63,916 nucleotides of DNA, filler included, from Collodictyon triciliatum (GCA_043381765.1; 8 parts of 8 records of this genome joined end to end with filler, not necessarily neighbours in it), one strand, 5' to 3'. Positions 11,424 to 29,309 are shown, numbered from the whole stretch's first letter. The notes: generated from the sequence alone by a model not told the origin. Program-made: numbers and translations.

Positions 11424-13253
11424 ATGTCCCGTACTGCCTGCATCCTCGGCCTTGCGCTGCTTGCTGCTATCGCCGTCCCTGCTCTCTGCCTGAGCGTCCC
11501 TCTGCAGAACCCCGAAGCCCGCAAGGAGCGCCTCATCTTCGAAGATACCTTTGACAAGCTTGACGTCAAAACCTGGAAGCACGAGCTCACTCTCGGAGGC
11601 GGAGGAAACTGGGAGGTGAGGCCCACCTTTTTTATTTTATTTTATTGTTGTTATAATTCTTGACCCAGAGACTTCAAAGTACCACGAGTGGATGAAAAAG
11701 ACTTTATTGTTTGCAGGATGCTTCCACTCTATGTGAACCAAACAGTGAATTCTATAGTAATCTTTCCTCCCCTACCTACTCTTGACGACACCTAGTTCCA
11801 ACTCTACCACAACAACCGCACAAACAGCTATGTCCGTGACAGCGTCCTGTACCTTCGCCCGACCCTGACCCGCGAGAAGGTTCCCCATATCCCAATAACG
11901 ACACCTTGTCCATGTTTCCCAAACCCTGACCTCCAAGGGTGGTATTCTGAAGCGCCCGATATCACCCGTTTAACTACATCCTACAGATTGGCCGTGAGAA
12001 CATGTTCTCGATGCGCATGGATATGTGGGGATCAAGCCCAGCAAATCTCTGCACTGGAAACGCCTTCTACGGCTGCGAACGCATTGGTACTTTACCCACA
12101 ACCATTCTTTCTCCCACGGACCCGCGATACTTACAGTGCGACATACACTTGACCACCAGGTGGCGCCGGCGGAAACGTCCTGAACCCAATCCAGTCGGCC
12201 CGCATCCGTACGGCTGAGTCCTTCTCCTTCCGCTATGGCCGCGTTGAGGTATGCCGATCCAGTATTCCATAATAAGAGGGCCTGCTACTCGCTCTGCCCG
12301 AGGCCATACTCAGCACCGTTGCCTTCGCAGGTCCGCGCAAAGATGCCGCTTGGAGACTGGCTCTGGCCCGCCATCTGGCTGCTGCCCACCCAGAACGTCT
12401 ACGGCGACTGGCCCGCCTCTGGCGAAATCGATATTATCGAGGCCCGCGGAAACAGCAACGGATATCCTGGCGGTGTCAACCAGGTGAGGCGCCTTGTGCC
12501 ATTGTCGTTTTCTGCTGCCAAGCGCGCACAAGCAAACAAACAGGTCAAGCACATGACTTGCCTCGCACCCACTGACATCCCGGTTTGCGCACCAGGTCTC
12601 GTCTGCCCTTCACTGGGGACCCCACTGGCCCGAGAACGGATACTCCAAGACCTACGGCGAGTACCGCCTTAACTCGGGTGACTTCTCGCAGGAGTTCCAC
12701 GTCTTCGGCCTTGTCTGGACCGAGACTGAGATCAAGACGTACGTCGACAACGAGGCCAACGTCATCATGCGCATCCCCATCACAGAGTCCTTCTGGCAGA
12801 AGGGAGGCTGGAACAACTCCAAGTTCAACAACCCATGGGTCACTGGTGGAATGAACGCCCCCTTCGACCAGGAGTACTACCTCATCCTCAACCTTGCCGT
12901 CGGTGGAACTGGCGGCTTCTTCCCAGGTGAGTGCCTGGGCACTAGTCCCTCAGAATCTGCAGTTTCGCTAACTTGACGCTATCTTCCATCCACAGATGGT
13001 GTTGGAAACAAGCCCTGGTCTAACAACGACCCCAATGCCGTCAACGCCTTCTACAACTCTGAGCCCCAATGGTATGAATCCCCTTTTCTCTCTTGCCCTT
13101 CTCCTCTTGTCCAATTACTATTGCTAAGTCACCCTCCGCCAGATTCCTCTTCACATGACTGACTGGCTCGCATCGGAGTATAGGTACCCCACTTGGCGTG
13201 GAGAGTCCTCGGCCCTTCAGATTGATTACGTCCGCGTCTGGAGCTTCGCCTAA
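11424..13253 (+). CDS. secreted GH16 beta-1,3-glucanase / beta-glucan-recognition-protein family, 8 exons
   Basis: Signal peptide; LIFEDTFD; GGGNWEFQ; NPIQSARIRT; GDWLWPAIWLLP; intact catalytic WPASGEIDIIEARGN; APFDQEYYLILNLAVGG; ALQIDYVRVW; stop TAA 13251-13253. Confidence 0.93.
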
Positions 13254-13630
13254 GCAACTGGAGAGCGCGTCCCCCTGTGTTGCCCAGTCCTGCGCAGAAG
13301 CCAAACCACTTTCTGCTCGAGACAACACCATATGTTCTCTCGCCGTGGGTCAGAATAAAAGTAAAAGAGATAAAAAAAAATATTAAAAAAGCGAAGGGAC
13401 GGAACAGACTACTATGCGACTTGACTAACAATGTGCACGACAAATACACTACCAACCACAAGGCATCGGGTGATGGGGAGTATTAGCTTTATTCTCGCCA
13501 AAAGGCTTTTTCTGGTATGAGATATGGTTAATGAGCTGGAGCAAGATGGCGATTGGAGGGTCAACGACCATCGAGCCACAAATAGGGAGAGCCGCTGATG
13601 ACTACCGAGTGCGGGTGAGGTTGCAGAAGG

Positions 13631-17400
<3,770 letters not shown>

Positions 17401-17948
17401 GTTAACAGATTAACGGACAGTAAGACACATGCATTCCACATTTGTCGTTTTATTTTGGCCGTGTCTGTTTGAGGCATGATAGTCATTTACACTGCGCGAA
17501 GGGGCGAAGCGAAGGAAGCGATTTAGATGAGGGGGTGGCTGCAAAGAAAAAAAGAAAAAAAGAAAAAAAGAAAAAAAGAAAAAAAGAAAAAAAGAAAAAA
17601 AGAAAAAAAGAAAAAAAGAAAAAAAGAAAAAAAGANNNNNNNNNNNNNNNNNNNNNNNNNNNNNNNNNNNNNNNNNNNNTTAATTAATTAANNNNNNNNN
17701 NNNNNNNNNNNNNNNNNNNNNNNNNNNNNNNNNNNAAAAAGAAAAAAGAAAAAAGAAAAAAGAAAAAAGAAAAAAGAAAAAAGAAAAAAGAAAAAAGAAA
17801 AAAAGAAAAAAAGAAAAAAAGAAAAAAAGAAAACAAGAAAACAAGAAAAAAAAGAAAAAAAGAAAAAAAGAAAAAATCGATTCTACTGTCAGTTTATCTC
17901 CTTGGCCTACCCTGCAGCACATTAATTGAACACCCGCGTACACAAAAG

Positions 17949-20900
17949 ATACAGCCCGAGGCTGTTCCTCCGCGAGAGCGAAAAATAGGCATATCAGATT
18001 TATTCAAGCAACCTTTTGCCCTCTCGGTACCGCAGCTTCAACGAGACTCTTCATTTGTGGTTCGCTCGGATATCTCGCTGATTATTTGGCTCCTAGTCGG
18101 ATCACTATTGGCAATTGCAACTGTATCCTTTTTTATGGCTTACAACAAGGTGTCTGATATTAAAGAAAACGGGTTCGCAGGGGTCCTTATTGTGATAGGT
18201 GGCGGGACGCCAATCTTCATTTTGTGTGGAGTTTATGTTGTTTTTCTCATGAAAACTTACTCCAAACGGATGATATGGAAAGGGTCTGTTTTTCTGTTCT
18301 TTTTACCATTGAGCCTTACGTGGATACTCTCATTCCCGTCAGTAGTGCATCTATTCGAGGGCGTTGACGTGCTTTACTTCTCGCTTACTACCTTGGGGCT
18401 GGGCCTTCCTTTCTGTTTTGTATTTTGGGTGTTTATACTGTTCTTACGTATGACATCAGACTCTATGCGCTCAAGCAAAGGAGATACAAAACCCATTTTG
18501 ACGTACTCTATCATAGGGTGCTGTTACATTGTAGCCCTTCCAGTTGGAATCGGCTGCCCCATATTATTCTATTACTACATTATGCAGGATTCCGACATCA
18601 TGCACATACCATTATATGCATCATTCGTTTTTGTCATCACCATGCCAATACTATTCGCTACCGGTGCTAGCTTTATTTTTATATACTTTTACTTTTTCAA
18701 AGAATCCAGCGATAATGTTGCGGAAGATCGCTTAATTAGGCGTTACCTCTTTTTCTTGTACATATGCCAAGTAACCAAGGCTATTGCCCAAACAGCCTTT
18801 ACTATGTCTAGTAGCCTCAACCCAGACGCTAGGAAGTTTTTTGGGATTTGTCTTTTATTGAGTCCATTCATGTATTTATTCAATTTCGTTGTGAACAGAA
18901 TTCGATTCGAGACGCATATCCGTGTGCTTTTAGTGGGGGTTTTTGGGATAGTTGTTCCAGTCAGCTATTTAACATACATAGTGACATATGTGAGGTCATC
19001 TAGTTCTATACCTCTCTTGTTGTTATTTGTGATTTGTGGTCATAGTATTATTGGATTAATAGCAAGCAAATTCGACCACATCACTCTCCCCACGGGAAAG
19101 TACTTTAATGCTTTGATAGCCGTGGACATACTTGCTACTATTCCTGTTTCTATTCTTGTTCCAGTCCTATTCTATGTGGCCTCTGACCACCCACAGCATC
19201 CATTCATGTTGGGAATGGCATTTATGGGTCCTCTGCTTGTATTTGGCTTTGCTGTATTACTGCAGATCAAAGAAATTCTGAAGATGTTGGAAAAGTTCAA
19301 TATTTCTACATTAAGCTTCACCGATAGATCATTCGTCACCTTTAGTCGGACATTGACTACTATTGGACTTATAATATCGATGATTCTATATATTCTGTCG
19401 GGAGTGAGTTTAATTTTTTGAAAAAAAAGAATTAAAAATAATATACATCCCCATGTCATTCATGTATCTTTTTCTTCTTCTTTAACCCACCAAATAATTC
19501 TTTAATCTACAAGTTTAAATAATCAACTCATAAGCCCTGTATCATTTTATTCACTTGAAAAATAAAAATATAGAACTTTTACATGGATGAAAGTACTGCG
19601 CCAACTTTTTACTCTTTAGCATTATCTGTGCCTCTTTTTATGTTCATCGGAACAGCACAAGAGTTTGCTACTAGTAAGCAACGCTTGTACCTTAGTATCC
19701 TGTTCTATCTATTTATTCCAGTTGTTGTGGCTACCCCACTTTATGCTGCTGGGATTGACGGTGACCAAAAATATGCCAGCAACATTTACTTGCTACTTAT
19801 TATTGGCGGCCCATCTTGCTTTAGTTTTTGGGGACTCATGTGGGTCATCAAGCGTAAGTTTCTTGCCCATGAGGCTTTTGACTTATTGGTCACTGGATGC
19901 TGCTGGCTCTTACTAATTCCATTCGGGGTGGTACTCCCGATAATTACACTATCGCCTGACGTTAACCTTCAGACACAACAATACAGCGGTTTACTTATAG
20001 GATTTATTAATGTTGTCCTAGTCAGCTCTGTTTCAACTACAACTATTATAATTAATTTAAGATCTCGACGAATGGAGATGGAAAAGAAAATTCAAAAATA
20101 TGTTTCTGAGCTCGAGATGAAATTTATGGAAATGAACATATATGCCGACGCTTCAATTTACATTTTCATAGTAGAAAGATACTTTGCTGAGGACCGTAAT
20201 TCCATGGAAACATGGCTTTTAAGCAAAAGAGATATTAAAATGACTGGAACAGACTCAAAAAATGTAGTATTTACAGAGAATTTTGTAACTAACTCTAAAA
20301 ATGATACAGAAAAGCAACTGGGTCTCGATATGGATAATGAAGAGCAAGATGGTAACATAAGCTTGCTCGATCGATGTTGCTCTGATGAAAATCAGCATCT
20401 GCCACAATATTCCATAGAAAAGGACCTCCCTAACTGGACTAAACATGCCATGGAATCCTCTTCCATAGCGCAAATGAAGTGGAAAATATTCTTTCACAGA
20501 ATCATGGACGGATATGAAGGCGACTGGATTTTTAAAAGTCAATCACAACTAGCTAAAGAAGAATCAAAAAAGCATGAATACATCTTGAAGGAAATGTTTT
20601 CACGTAAGAGCATACTATGTGTATTTTAAAAGGAAACTCTCATTCAATATAGCATATTTTATAAAACCTCTTTTGATGAAAACAAAAAAGGAGAATAAAT
20701 TATTTTATAGCATCTGACTTGCAATTTTAAACACGATAGACTACAGCACATCTCTGTTTGAAGCACGCTTACTGGGACCATTAGAAAAAAATCACAACTT
20801 TTTTGAAATGGACATCAACGAATTCATGCACTTTATGGGATTATCAAAGATTTCTGAATTGTTCGAAGATGACCAACTGGAAGATATTTACAATATATTC

Positions 20901-21987
20901 GTAAATGAAAGACGAGAGAAGCTAGGTCTCGATTTACTAGCTCGGGATGAAGTCAATGGCCTCGATTACGAAATGTTTATTAAATGTCTTTACCACATTT
21001 TGAATGAAATATTTCCTGATTATAGCAAAGCAGTACAGTTTTCGGCATTGATGACGCAGTACCTTATTCCAAATGTACTACCTATAATGAATAACGATAG
21101 GTTGCAATTAGACATCGAACCCATCGTAGTTTTCCGTATTGGTGATCTGATTCGTCGCATACGAATTCGTCGTAGAAAAATCGTAAAGAAGACGCTATTA
21201 GTTAAGGTTCTGGAGAGATACAATATGAAAAGAATATTAGAATGGACTCAATCGGACAGAAAAGACGATGAGTATGAAAATGAAAATGAAGAGGAAAATG
21301 ATGTTTCTCACATGAGAGATAATGAAATGACGATGGGTAAATCTAAAATTCACTCTCAAAAAAGAAAGGATTGGCAATGGAACGAAGTAGTTTCTGAAAT
21401 TATGAAGAAATTCGAAGAGGCTGACCTATCGACGAAAAAAAATGAACAGGAGATCGGGCATTCCATTACAACGTCTGATGTACTTGCTATCCTGTCCTTA
21501 GTATGGGAACTTGTTTACATATTGAAAATTTCTACTTCCACAAATCAGGGCATTTTTGGTGGATTTCAAAGTAAAGTATCAAGTGTTGTGCGCTTTATCC
21601 TTTTAAAATTAACCGGCTCGTCTTCGAGCACTGACAACGTGAGACAGCCATGTGATGATTTTGGTGAACCCCAGGATAGGGTCTATTTTATTACAGTGGT
21701 CTTTGTTTTCTGCCTGGCCATTATGTATCCTCCTTGTGCATACCCAAGTTACGGTCTTCTTGAAAGTGGAAAAATTGGCAAAAAGGATGGAAGATATGCA
21801 AATTTTAAAGAAAAGGAATTTTATTACCCAATATTCCTTAATGTCTTTGGATCATTGTTTTATATCACTATTCTTCAAGTATTGATATCGACAACTGCGT
21901 GTGCTCTTTGTGATGAGAACGACACAAATAACACGTCCTATCTGATAAGGTTTTCTCCCACTAAAAGTCCCTAATCTACTGGTATTT

Positions 21988-22051
<64 letters not shown>

Positions 22052-23234
22052 AATTTTGGACAAAGTATACATGCAAAATCCACTTCCTTCCTTGCTTTCT
22101 TTTAAGAATATTCAATAACAAAGATTGGCCTAATTCCATAAAACTCCTAGCGACCCGACTGTCGAATGTTGGACAGAGAGTCACCTAAAGTACTGTGTGA
22201 TGGGAATATTGGGAATCCTCTCTTATTACCCATTTGCGACGTATTTCTATCCCATCCTACAAGTTTGTCATTTACCATGATATGTTTTGTTTTGACTTTG
22301 TCGTTTAGCATGATGTGGCATTTGTATTTGTTTTTCCTTAATTACCACCAAAGACTTCAAAATACGTGTACAACGAAAACCAAACAGTTTCATTTATGCA
22401 CTATTTAACTCAAGTCATAATATCTGTTTTATTTAGTTTGCAGATCCTATGTTGCACTACAAAAATAAACAGGCTTTTGTCATCCTCGTATCCCAAGGAA
22501 ATCTGGTTTTGACAGCAGTCACCACTTATTTTGAAGGAGATTCAACAATACTTCTTATGACCAGTTCTTGCATCTATGGCGTGTTGTCTGCCACAAACAG
22601 CTATATGAAGCCGTGCATCAAACTGATTGTTAATCCGTGGAGAGGATTTACTCTTAGACTTGGTTGCTTAACATCGATATCAGCGCTGTCACTAGAAATG
22701 GGGTTAAACGAAATGTTTGCATACATCTTGTTTGGACTATTGTTGGTTTTTAATATCATATATATGATGCATGAGATGAAATTGCTGAAGAGTATCTCCG
22801 CAAACCAAGATATTGAAAAACAGAATGCAGACGCCCAGCAATCGTTATCGCAATCGCAGACCCAACCTCCGACCTCCTTCATAGAACGTTTATTCCGGTC
22901 TCGGCAGATTACCAAAATACCAACAGACTCAACCACGGATACACTCGCACCCATTGTTCCATCACCCGACTCACGTGTCGTGTTTTCCACTCCTGTGAGA
23001 GACCAGATTATAGTGGAAGAGATTGGGGACACCGCACCTGCTCAACATGCCGGCGAAGGGCCAGAAGCAAAAGAGCCACCGCAAGAAGAGGAAAAAGTCA
23101 TCAAGTTCAGGAATCTGCCTTCTTGGAATCGGAAGAGTGTCAGAAGTTTCCCAACTATGCAACAGAGTCGGATGGACCAGTTCTCAAGAAGCCCGAGAGG
23201 ATTTGAGCCGCAACTGATGTCACCCAAAGAATAA
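17949..23234 (+). CDS. large orphan polytopic membrane protein (many N-terminal TMs, EF-hand-like cytosolic region, ~7TM C-terminal module), probably 5'-partial
   Basis: Consecutive long + ORFs 18057-19421, 19583-20629, 20808-21974, 22449-23234 separated by short AT-rich introns; hydrophobic helices; MDINEFMHFM...GLDYEMFIKCL; DPTVECWTESH in the exon near 22150. Confidence 0.75.
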
Positions 23235-23906
23235 ACAGGCGCAATCAGATACCGCCGCCGAGGCTGCTGTCTCTTCCTGTCGGGTTGTAGTTTCCACATT
23301 TAGTAAAGATCTGGTTTACTCATGACTTTTTCGTTGTGTGGGTTTGTTCAAAGACTTTTCGGTTTCCCTTTCCTGCTGGATCGGAGCAGATGAAAAGATC
23401 CCCGTTTTCTCGCAATAACTCTCGCTTCGGTGGTGGGCTCATTCTTTTTGTAATAAAGGTTTATTTCATTTTATTCATCTTTAGATAAGGTTGGATCGAT
23501 TTTTAATTATGATTATAAAGATTATGAATATGAACATGAATATTATTATCATTAATATGAATATTATTATTATTTTGATGAAACAGAAGAGGGTGATTGC
23601 TCTTGGGTCGATCTGGTTAGAGAAATACAAAGAATATTATCAGAACTTCTTTTCTATATCTTCTTATTTATCTTTTCTTTCTTCCCTTTCTTTTGTCTTC
23701 AACTTAGACTTTTTTCTTAAGTCATTTATTTTAATTTTTATAAAAAGAAAAAAAGATAACAAATCGAAAAAAAAAAAAAAAAGAAGGAAAACGGAAAGGT
23801 TTTGTAAGCCAAATAAAGGTTTGTGGGACCAAACCAAGGTTGTTACTGAAAAAGAACTTGGGCGATAACTCCAGCACAGAAATTGTAAAGCAGAAGCAAA
23901 CCGTAA

Positions 23907-24168
23907 ATGAGTCAGCCCCCCAGTTCATCACATCTATCCCCTACGCGCCCTCCTGCGTTTACTTTTGCATCTCTGGATCCGCTTCCTACTTCTGCCTTAT
24001 TCCCAGGAATACCGGTACTTTTTACTTACCACACCTCACTTTGCGCAACTATACATATTGTAATTGTAATTGTTATTGTAATCATTTTTTCCCTTTATTC
24101 GATTCAAAGAATTGTTATTGTAATCATAATCATATCATAAAAAACAGCTTACCAAATGAATCGAATGA

Positions 24169-24236
<68 letters not shown>

Positions 24237-26346
24237 AAGAAAATACCTAATTTATTGATATTTTGGGTAGTATTGGAACTTATTCACCTATACCATACTT
24301 TCATGCCTATTTCATTCTGTTGGACATAAGAAATAAAAATCCATAATATAATATCGATTGGTACGGGAAGTGATAAATGTTTATATATAAAGGAATCCCC
24401 TACATTGATAACGCCAAATCCGGTGCACCGAATTCGCACTGCGGATAGAAGAATCGTGCACAATGTAAACACAAATACCGGAGGCATTTTCAGTCCATCT
24501 CCTCAATCAGTCTCCCCAACATCACCCACGGCCACATCCTCATCACACCACGAAGCCAACGACCCATTCAATGCTCAGGCGAGCTCAGGCTTTTTTGGTC
24601 ATCACGCTATTCCAGGCAGCACATCCATTAATCTTCCTATCTCACTGCCAATTTCTTTGACGCTCCCGATTCAATCTTCCCTTCCTCGAATTCCGGGATC
24701 TATTCTTCCTAGCTCCTCTGTTGTTCCCATCAACAACCACGGAAACACAAATTCTCTTACAGCGACGATGGGTTCAAATACTCAGACCAATCACAACCAA
24801 ACGGGTTCTAATGGGCCTGAGAACACTGCCACTGAACTGCAGCCTTTGTCCAATTGGTTCGGACAGACGTATCCATTTCTTGTGCTTCTGTTCCTTATGT
24901 TCATATATCACCATTTTAGAGGTATTTTCTACATAAATATTTACTTGTTTTCCATCGACCATTATTATTTTTATTATTATTATTATTATTTTTTAAGAAA
25001 CGAAAGAATTGCGCCATCTTTATATGACCATTAAGATAGTTTGTGCTTAAGTGAATTTCTGAATGTACATAGAAGCATTTCCCTTTAAACAAAGAAACAT
25101 GTATTGTGTGTTTAATTATGTATGCTTTGCTGTCAGGATTGACTACTTTTTTGGCCTTCTTCTACGTCTTCTCTAGAGTAGATGATGTGATCAAATATGA
25201 AGTTACACTTAAGGTTTTTGCTTATTTTTCATAATCGTTAATTCAGATTTAAACTTCAGTAACTTTATTTGTTTTGACTAACAATCATATTCTTGGTCCC
25301 TCTTTTTTTTGGTCATATTTTTATTTTTATTTATTTTCGATTGTTGCAGAACGAACGGAGTATCTTCCACTGCTATATCCTCATGATGATTCTGACGTCC
25401 ACATTTATATGGATACAAGTATTTTGCAAAGGCATGACATCATTTGGCATATTCCTGGGATTTCCCGAAACCGTCTCATTTCTCAGCTGTCTTTGGGTAG
25501 TTGTTATGAATGGTAAGTTAGGAACCTTTCTTTGCCCCTTGCCGAACGGTGTGCTGGGCTTTGACATAAATTCGGACGACTCTCTCTCTCTCTCTATATA
25601 TATATATATGCAAAAATATCTGCATGCAAACCATAATTCCTACTTTTGATGTGAAATATCATCTTGTATTAGTGAGAACCTAACTGCATATATTTGGGAT
25701 TACAAATTAATAATATCTCTTAGATATGATCATGAGCAACATATGCCTGGCCACGAAAGTTCTTTATGTGATGGTATTCCTGCCCTACATTCCGTCTAGA
25801 CGCAACGTAATCTACTTCTTCATACCAAATGAATACCTATTTCTATCCCTACAAGGCAACTTTACATTATTTCTACTGGCTGATCACTTTATATGGTTAG
25901 CGATTATGAATAATAATATTAATAAAATTTTAATAAAGGGAAATAATTTTGCGGTCATGGAATCCCTATTCAAACTTATTCGATTCTGCCTACCAGTACC
26001 AATTGTACGTGCTTTTGTTTGGGTCAACTCTTTTGTCACGTTTTCCAAATTTTATTTTAAAAGTTGACTATCACTCCTGCCCAATGGTTTCTGACAATTT
26101 ATTCTTCTTCTTTTTGTCGTATCTTACACCCAAATACCCAATGAATCAAAGCACGTATATATCGTTTTGTGTTGAAAATATCTCGCCAAATTCATTTAGT
26201 GGGGACTATACTTTACTTCCTCCATAAATGGGGATTTCATCCCATCGCTTGTTGCCTTTCTGTACCCTCTGTTCAAGACTGGCGACTTATCAAACAAAAT
26301 TGCAGCCTTCCGGAGTATCATAACAGCATCGCAAAGCAGCGACCCG
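23907..26346 (+). CDS. RING finger and transmembrane domain protein (RNFT1/2-like), RING lost beyond contig end
   Basis: YPFLVLLFLMFIYHHFRG; DDVIKYEVTLK|NER; LWVVVMND; MESLFKLIRFCLPVPI|WGLYF; LYPLFK follow the recalled RNFT transmembrane-region pattern. Confidence 0.7.
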
Positions 26347-26391
26347 GTAATATTTAAGATAATTTCACTATCTACACTTTTCACGGGCTCA

Positions 26392-26514
<123 letters not shown>

Positions 26515-26724
26515 NNNNNNNNNNNNNNNNNNNNNNNNNNNNNNNNNNNNNNNNNNNNTTAATTAATTAANNNNNNNNNNNNNNNNNNNNNNNNNNNNNN
26601 NNNNNNNNNNNNNNTTGTTTTTTGTTTTTTGTTTTTTGTTTTTTGTTTTTTGTTTTTTGTTTTTGTTTTTTGTTTTTTGTTTTTGTTTTTTGTTTTTTGT
26701 TTTTGTTTTTGTTTTTTGTTTTCG

Positions 26725-28722
26725 CTAAGAGTTGGCCGGAATTCTCTGGACAACAACATTTTCTGTAATGAAAAGCATTCGCCTGGGATTCCTTCGGTAA
26801 GTCCACAAAAATCGTGCAAGGAAAACAGCACATGAAAAAGAAGCACTGCTGAACATGCTTCTTGCGGATATGAGAGTGAATCCATACACACGCACATTTC
26901 TTTCGTTCAAGAACATTCGTCCTAGCGAAAACTTACTGGCGATAGAGATGCCGAGCATCCAAACGATGCCGAATTTTGATACGTGCGTCAACTCCCGCCT
27001 AGATAATCTGAACGAATCAATCATCATGCACCAGTAGAAAGCAGCAAGGATGTAGGTAATGTAAACCATTTGAATTCCCCAGTCGCAGATAATACCATAT
27101 GAAATAAATATTTTGATCATGAGATACAATACATACCAGAAATCAAATGAGCGAAACATATGCTTCACAAGAAAGAAGTTACTTGTGAGTATTATTTGTA
27201 CGCTGATAAAAATTGTAGAGATAACTGAGCATGAAACCGTAATCCATGTATAAGAAGCCTTCGTCTGCACTCCAATTATCATCGGAAAAGAAAAGAAATC
27301 GGATATTACCCCCAAGGATATACCACACACTTGGTAGAATTTCGAACGCAAAACCAAAGAAAGGATTGTGAATCTTTGCTTCACTATGATGTGGTATATG
27401 GTATGATTTAGGTTGAATCTCAAAGACTTTTCCACTAGTACTCCCAATACCAGATAATTATCGGTATCGTAATTGTGAATCGAATTGTTTGAGAGGATTT
27501 CATTTTTATCCCCTGCAGGAATTATTGCCTCTGCATTCGCTATAACATCCTTTTTATCTTCTTTTGTTTTCTTGCTTGGCCTGGGCTTCGTATATTCATG
27601 ACTCGAGATATTTACATTCTGATTATCTATTTGAACTTTTGTGGTAGATGCTGATTGAATCTCGTAATAACTAGATATAAACGCTATTTCTCCTTCTTTC
27701 TTCATGATTAAGTGATTATAAATAATTCTTAGAAAGTATATGATGACATTTGCTAAGCTACTTATTGCCCCGTCCCTAAAGTTGATTATTTCAATGTTTA
27801 CCGAATTGTAACTCCATGATTTGATCTCAGGAGTAACAAAGTCCAGTTGAATCGAAAACAATATTATTGAGTAGCACAATATCCCAACTATTGACGATAC
27901 CTTATGTATCGGAATATTTTTGGATGAATGTGCATCGTATAAAAGAAGATTGAACACCAAAGATGCTAGAGAATGGAAAATTGCAAGTGCTGCCTTTAAT
28001 GATGGGCCCATGATAAAGAACAAGCACAGGTGGAATATAAGCATATTAAACATCGTGTACCAGAAGCTGAATGTTTTTGCCAGAGATTTGGCAATATCGA
28101 TTCTTATCATCGTCGAATGACCGATGCAATAGTTGAAAGGCATTACCAGCAAGACAGGCACATAAAAATTGCTAGGAAACAGAACCTCCTTGAACATAAA
28201 AAAGTAAAACATGACGGAGCAAAGGCCCCATATAATTGCCATCGAAAGAGACACCAAGCGATGTCTATAGAATCTGGTTACTATATTACAAGCTCTTCTA
28301 TTTGTTACCATAACAGACAGCAAATTCTTTCTCCTGTGCACGTATGACTTTGTCTCGTAGAGTATGAGCTTAATCCAGGTGATTTTCGGCTCTTGGATTA
28401 TCTCTGTATTCATATCTTGGATGGAGTTGTGTCTTTTTTCTTGGCCCCTTTCTATCGCATCCGCCCTGTCGTTCTCTTGGAGAGGGTTTGTCTCTGTCAT
28501 TGTCCGTGTGGCGTTGGTGCCATCCGCGAGTTGATTATCCCTCACACTTTTTGCATCACTGCCTGCGGGGCTGCAAATATCCGGTGTGGGATGCTGCTTC
28601 ATATTTGGGCGATCTAACCCACCATACGCCGTCTGTGAAGTTTTGTCGGCATCAGCAACAGCAGTCTTTGCAGTGACCTGGATATCATTTGTCCACGCAT
28701 TGTGCAATACCCGACCTTGCAT
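26725..28722 (-). CDS. intronless multi-pass membrane protein with two internal FxFWY repeats
   Basis: Single uninterrupted ORF (first ATG 28722); halves contain KSLAKTFSFWY and KHMFRSFDFWY, each followed by several hydrophobic helices. Confidence 0.8.
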   Translation of the reverse strand: MQGRVLHNAWTNDIQVTAKTAVADADKTSQTAYGGLDRPNMKQHPTPDICSPAGSDAKSVRDNQLADGTNATRTMTETNPLQENDRADAIERGQEKRHNSIQDMNTEIIQEPKITWIKLILYETKSYVHRRKNLLSVMVTNRRACNIVTRFYRHRLVSLSMAIIWGLCSVMFYFFMFKEVLFPSNFYVPVLLVMPFNYCIGHSTMIRIDIAKSLAKTFSFWYTMFNMLIFHLCLFFIMGPSLKAALAIFHSLASLVFNLLLYDAHSSKNIPIHKVSSIVGILCYSIILFSIQLDFVTPEIKSWSYNSVNIEIINFRDGAISSLANVIIYFLRIIYNHLIMKKEGEIAFISSYYEIQSASTTKVQIDNQNVNISSHEYTKPRPSKKTKEDKKDVIANAEAIIPAGDKNEILSNNSIHNYDTDNYLVLGVLVEKSLRFNLNHTIYHIIVKQRFTILSLVLRSKFYQVCGISLGVISDFFSFPMIIGVQTKASYTWITVSCSVISTIFISVQIILTSNFFLVKHMFRSFDFWYVLYLMIKIFISYGIICDWGIQMVYITYILAAFYWCMMIDSFRLSRRELTHVSKFGIVWMLGISIASKFSLGRMFLNERNVRVYGFTLISARSMFSSASFSCAVFLARFLWTYRRNPRRMLFITENVVVQRIPANS

Positions 28723-29309
28723 TTTCTGTGTATGTGTGGTTTGGTTAGGTTGTGTGAGGTGGACATCTATCCTCAACCTATGTCTCTTGCTATATGTTTG
28801 GTTCCAACACAAAACATCTTGGTAATGCGCGTATTTTATCGTCTGCTGCTTGTCAGATTTTGGGAGAAAGAGGTCGCACTTTGCAGATCAAATCTTGCCT
28901 ATCAAAAAAAGCGTCTGATTTGGCAATCTGCCAACCTTCCTCGGTCTATGGTAACTTACACATTCCCTTAAATCACCGAATGGATTTGTCTCGTTCAGTG
29001 TAATTATTCCACATATGTATTTTAACGTTTTCCGTTGAAACGAATCAAACGCGCCCCTTTTTTTCAATCTTTGCCCCCAATCAGCCTGATCACATCAGCA
29101 ACTCAACACAGTCACATACCTCGCATCACTGACACCTCAAGAGAGAGGGAAATAGAGTCTATGCAAAGAAACGCGGTGAATAACCCTGTACCTTACAATG
29201 TCCGTGGATTCTTCCAGGAACAAGAGGAAGTCTAGCGCCACCAAATCAAGAGTGTCTGTAGACGAGACCTTGCGCCTGACCCGAGGAAAGCAGTGGCAAA
29301 GAAACAAAC

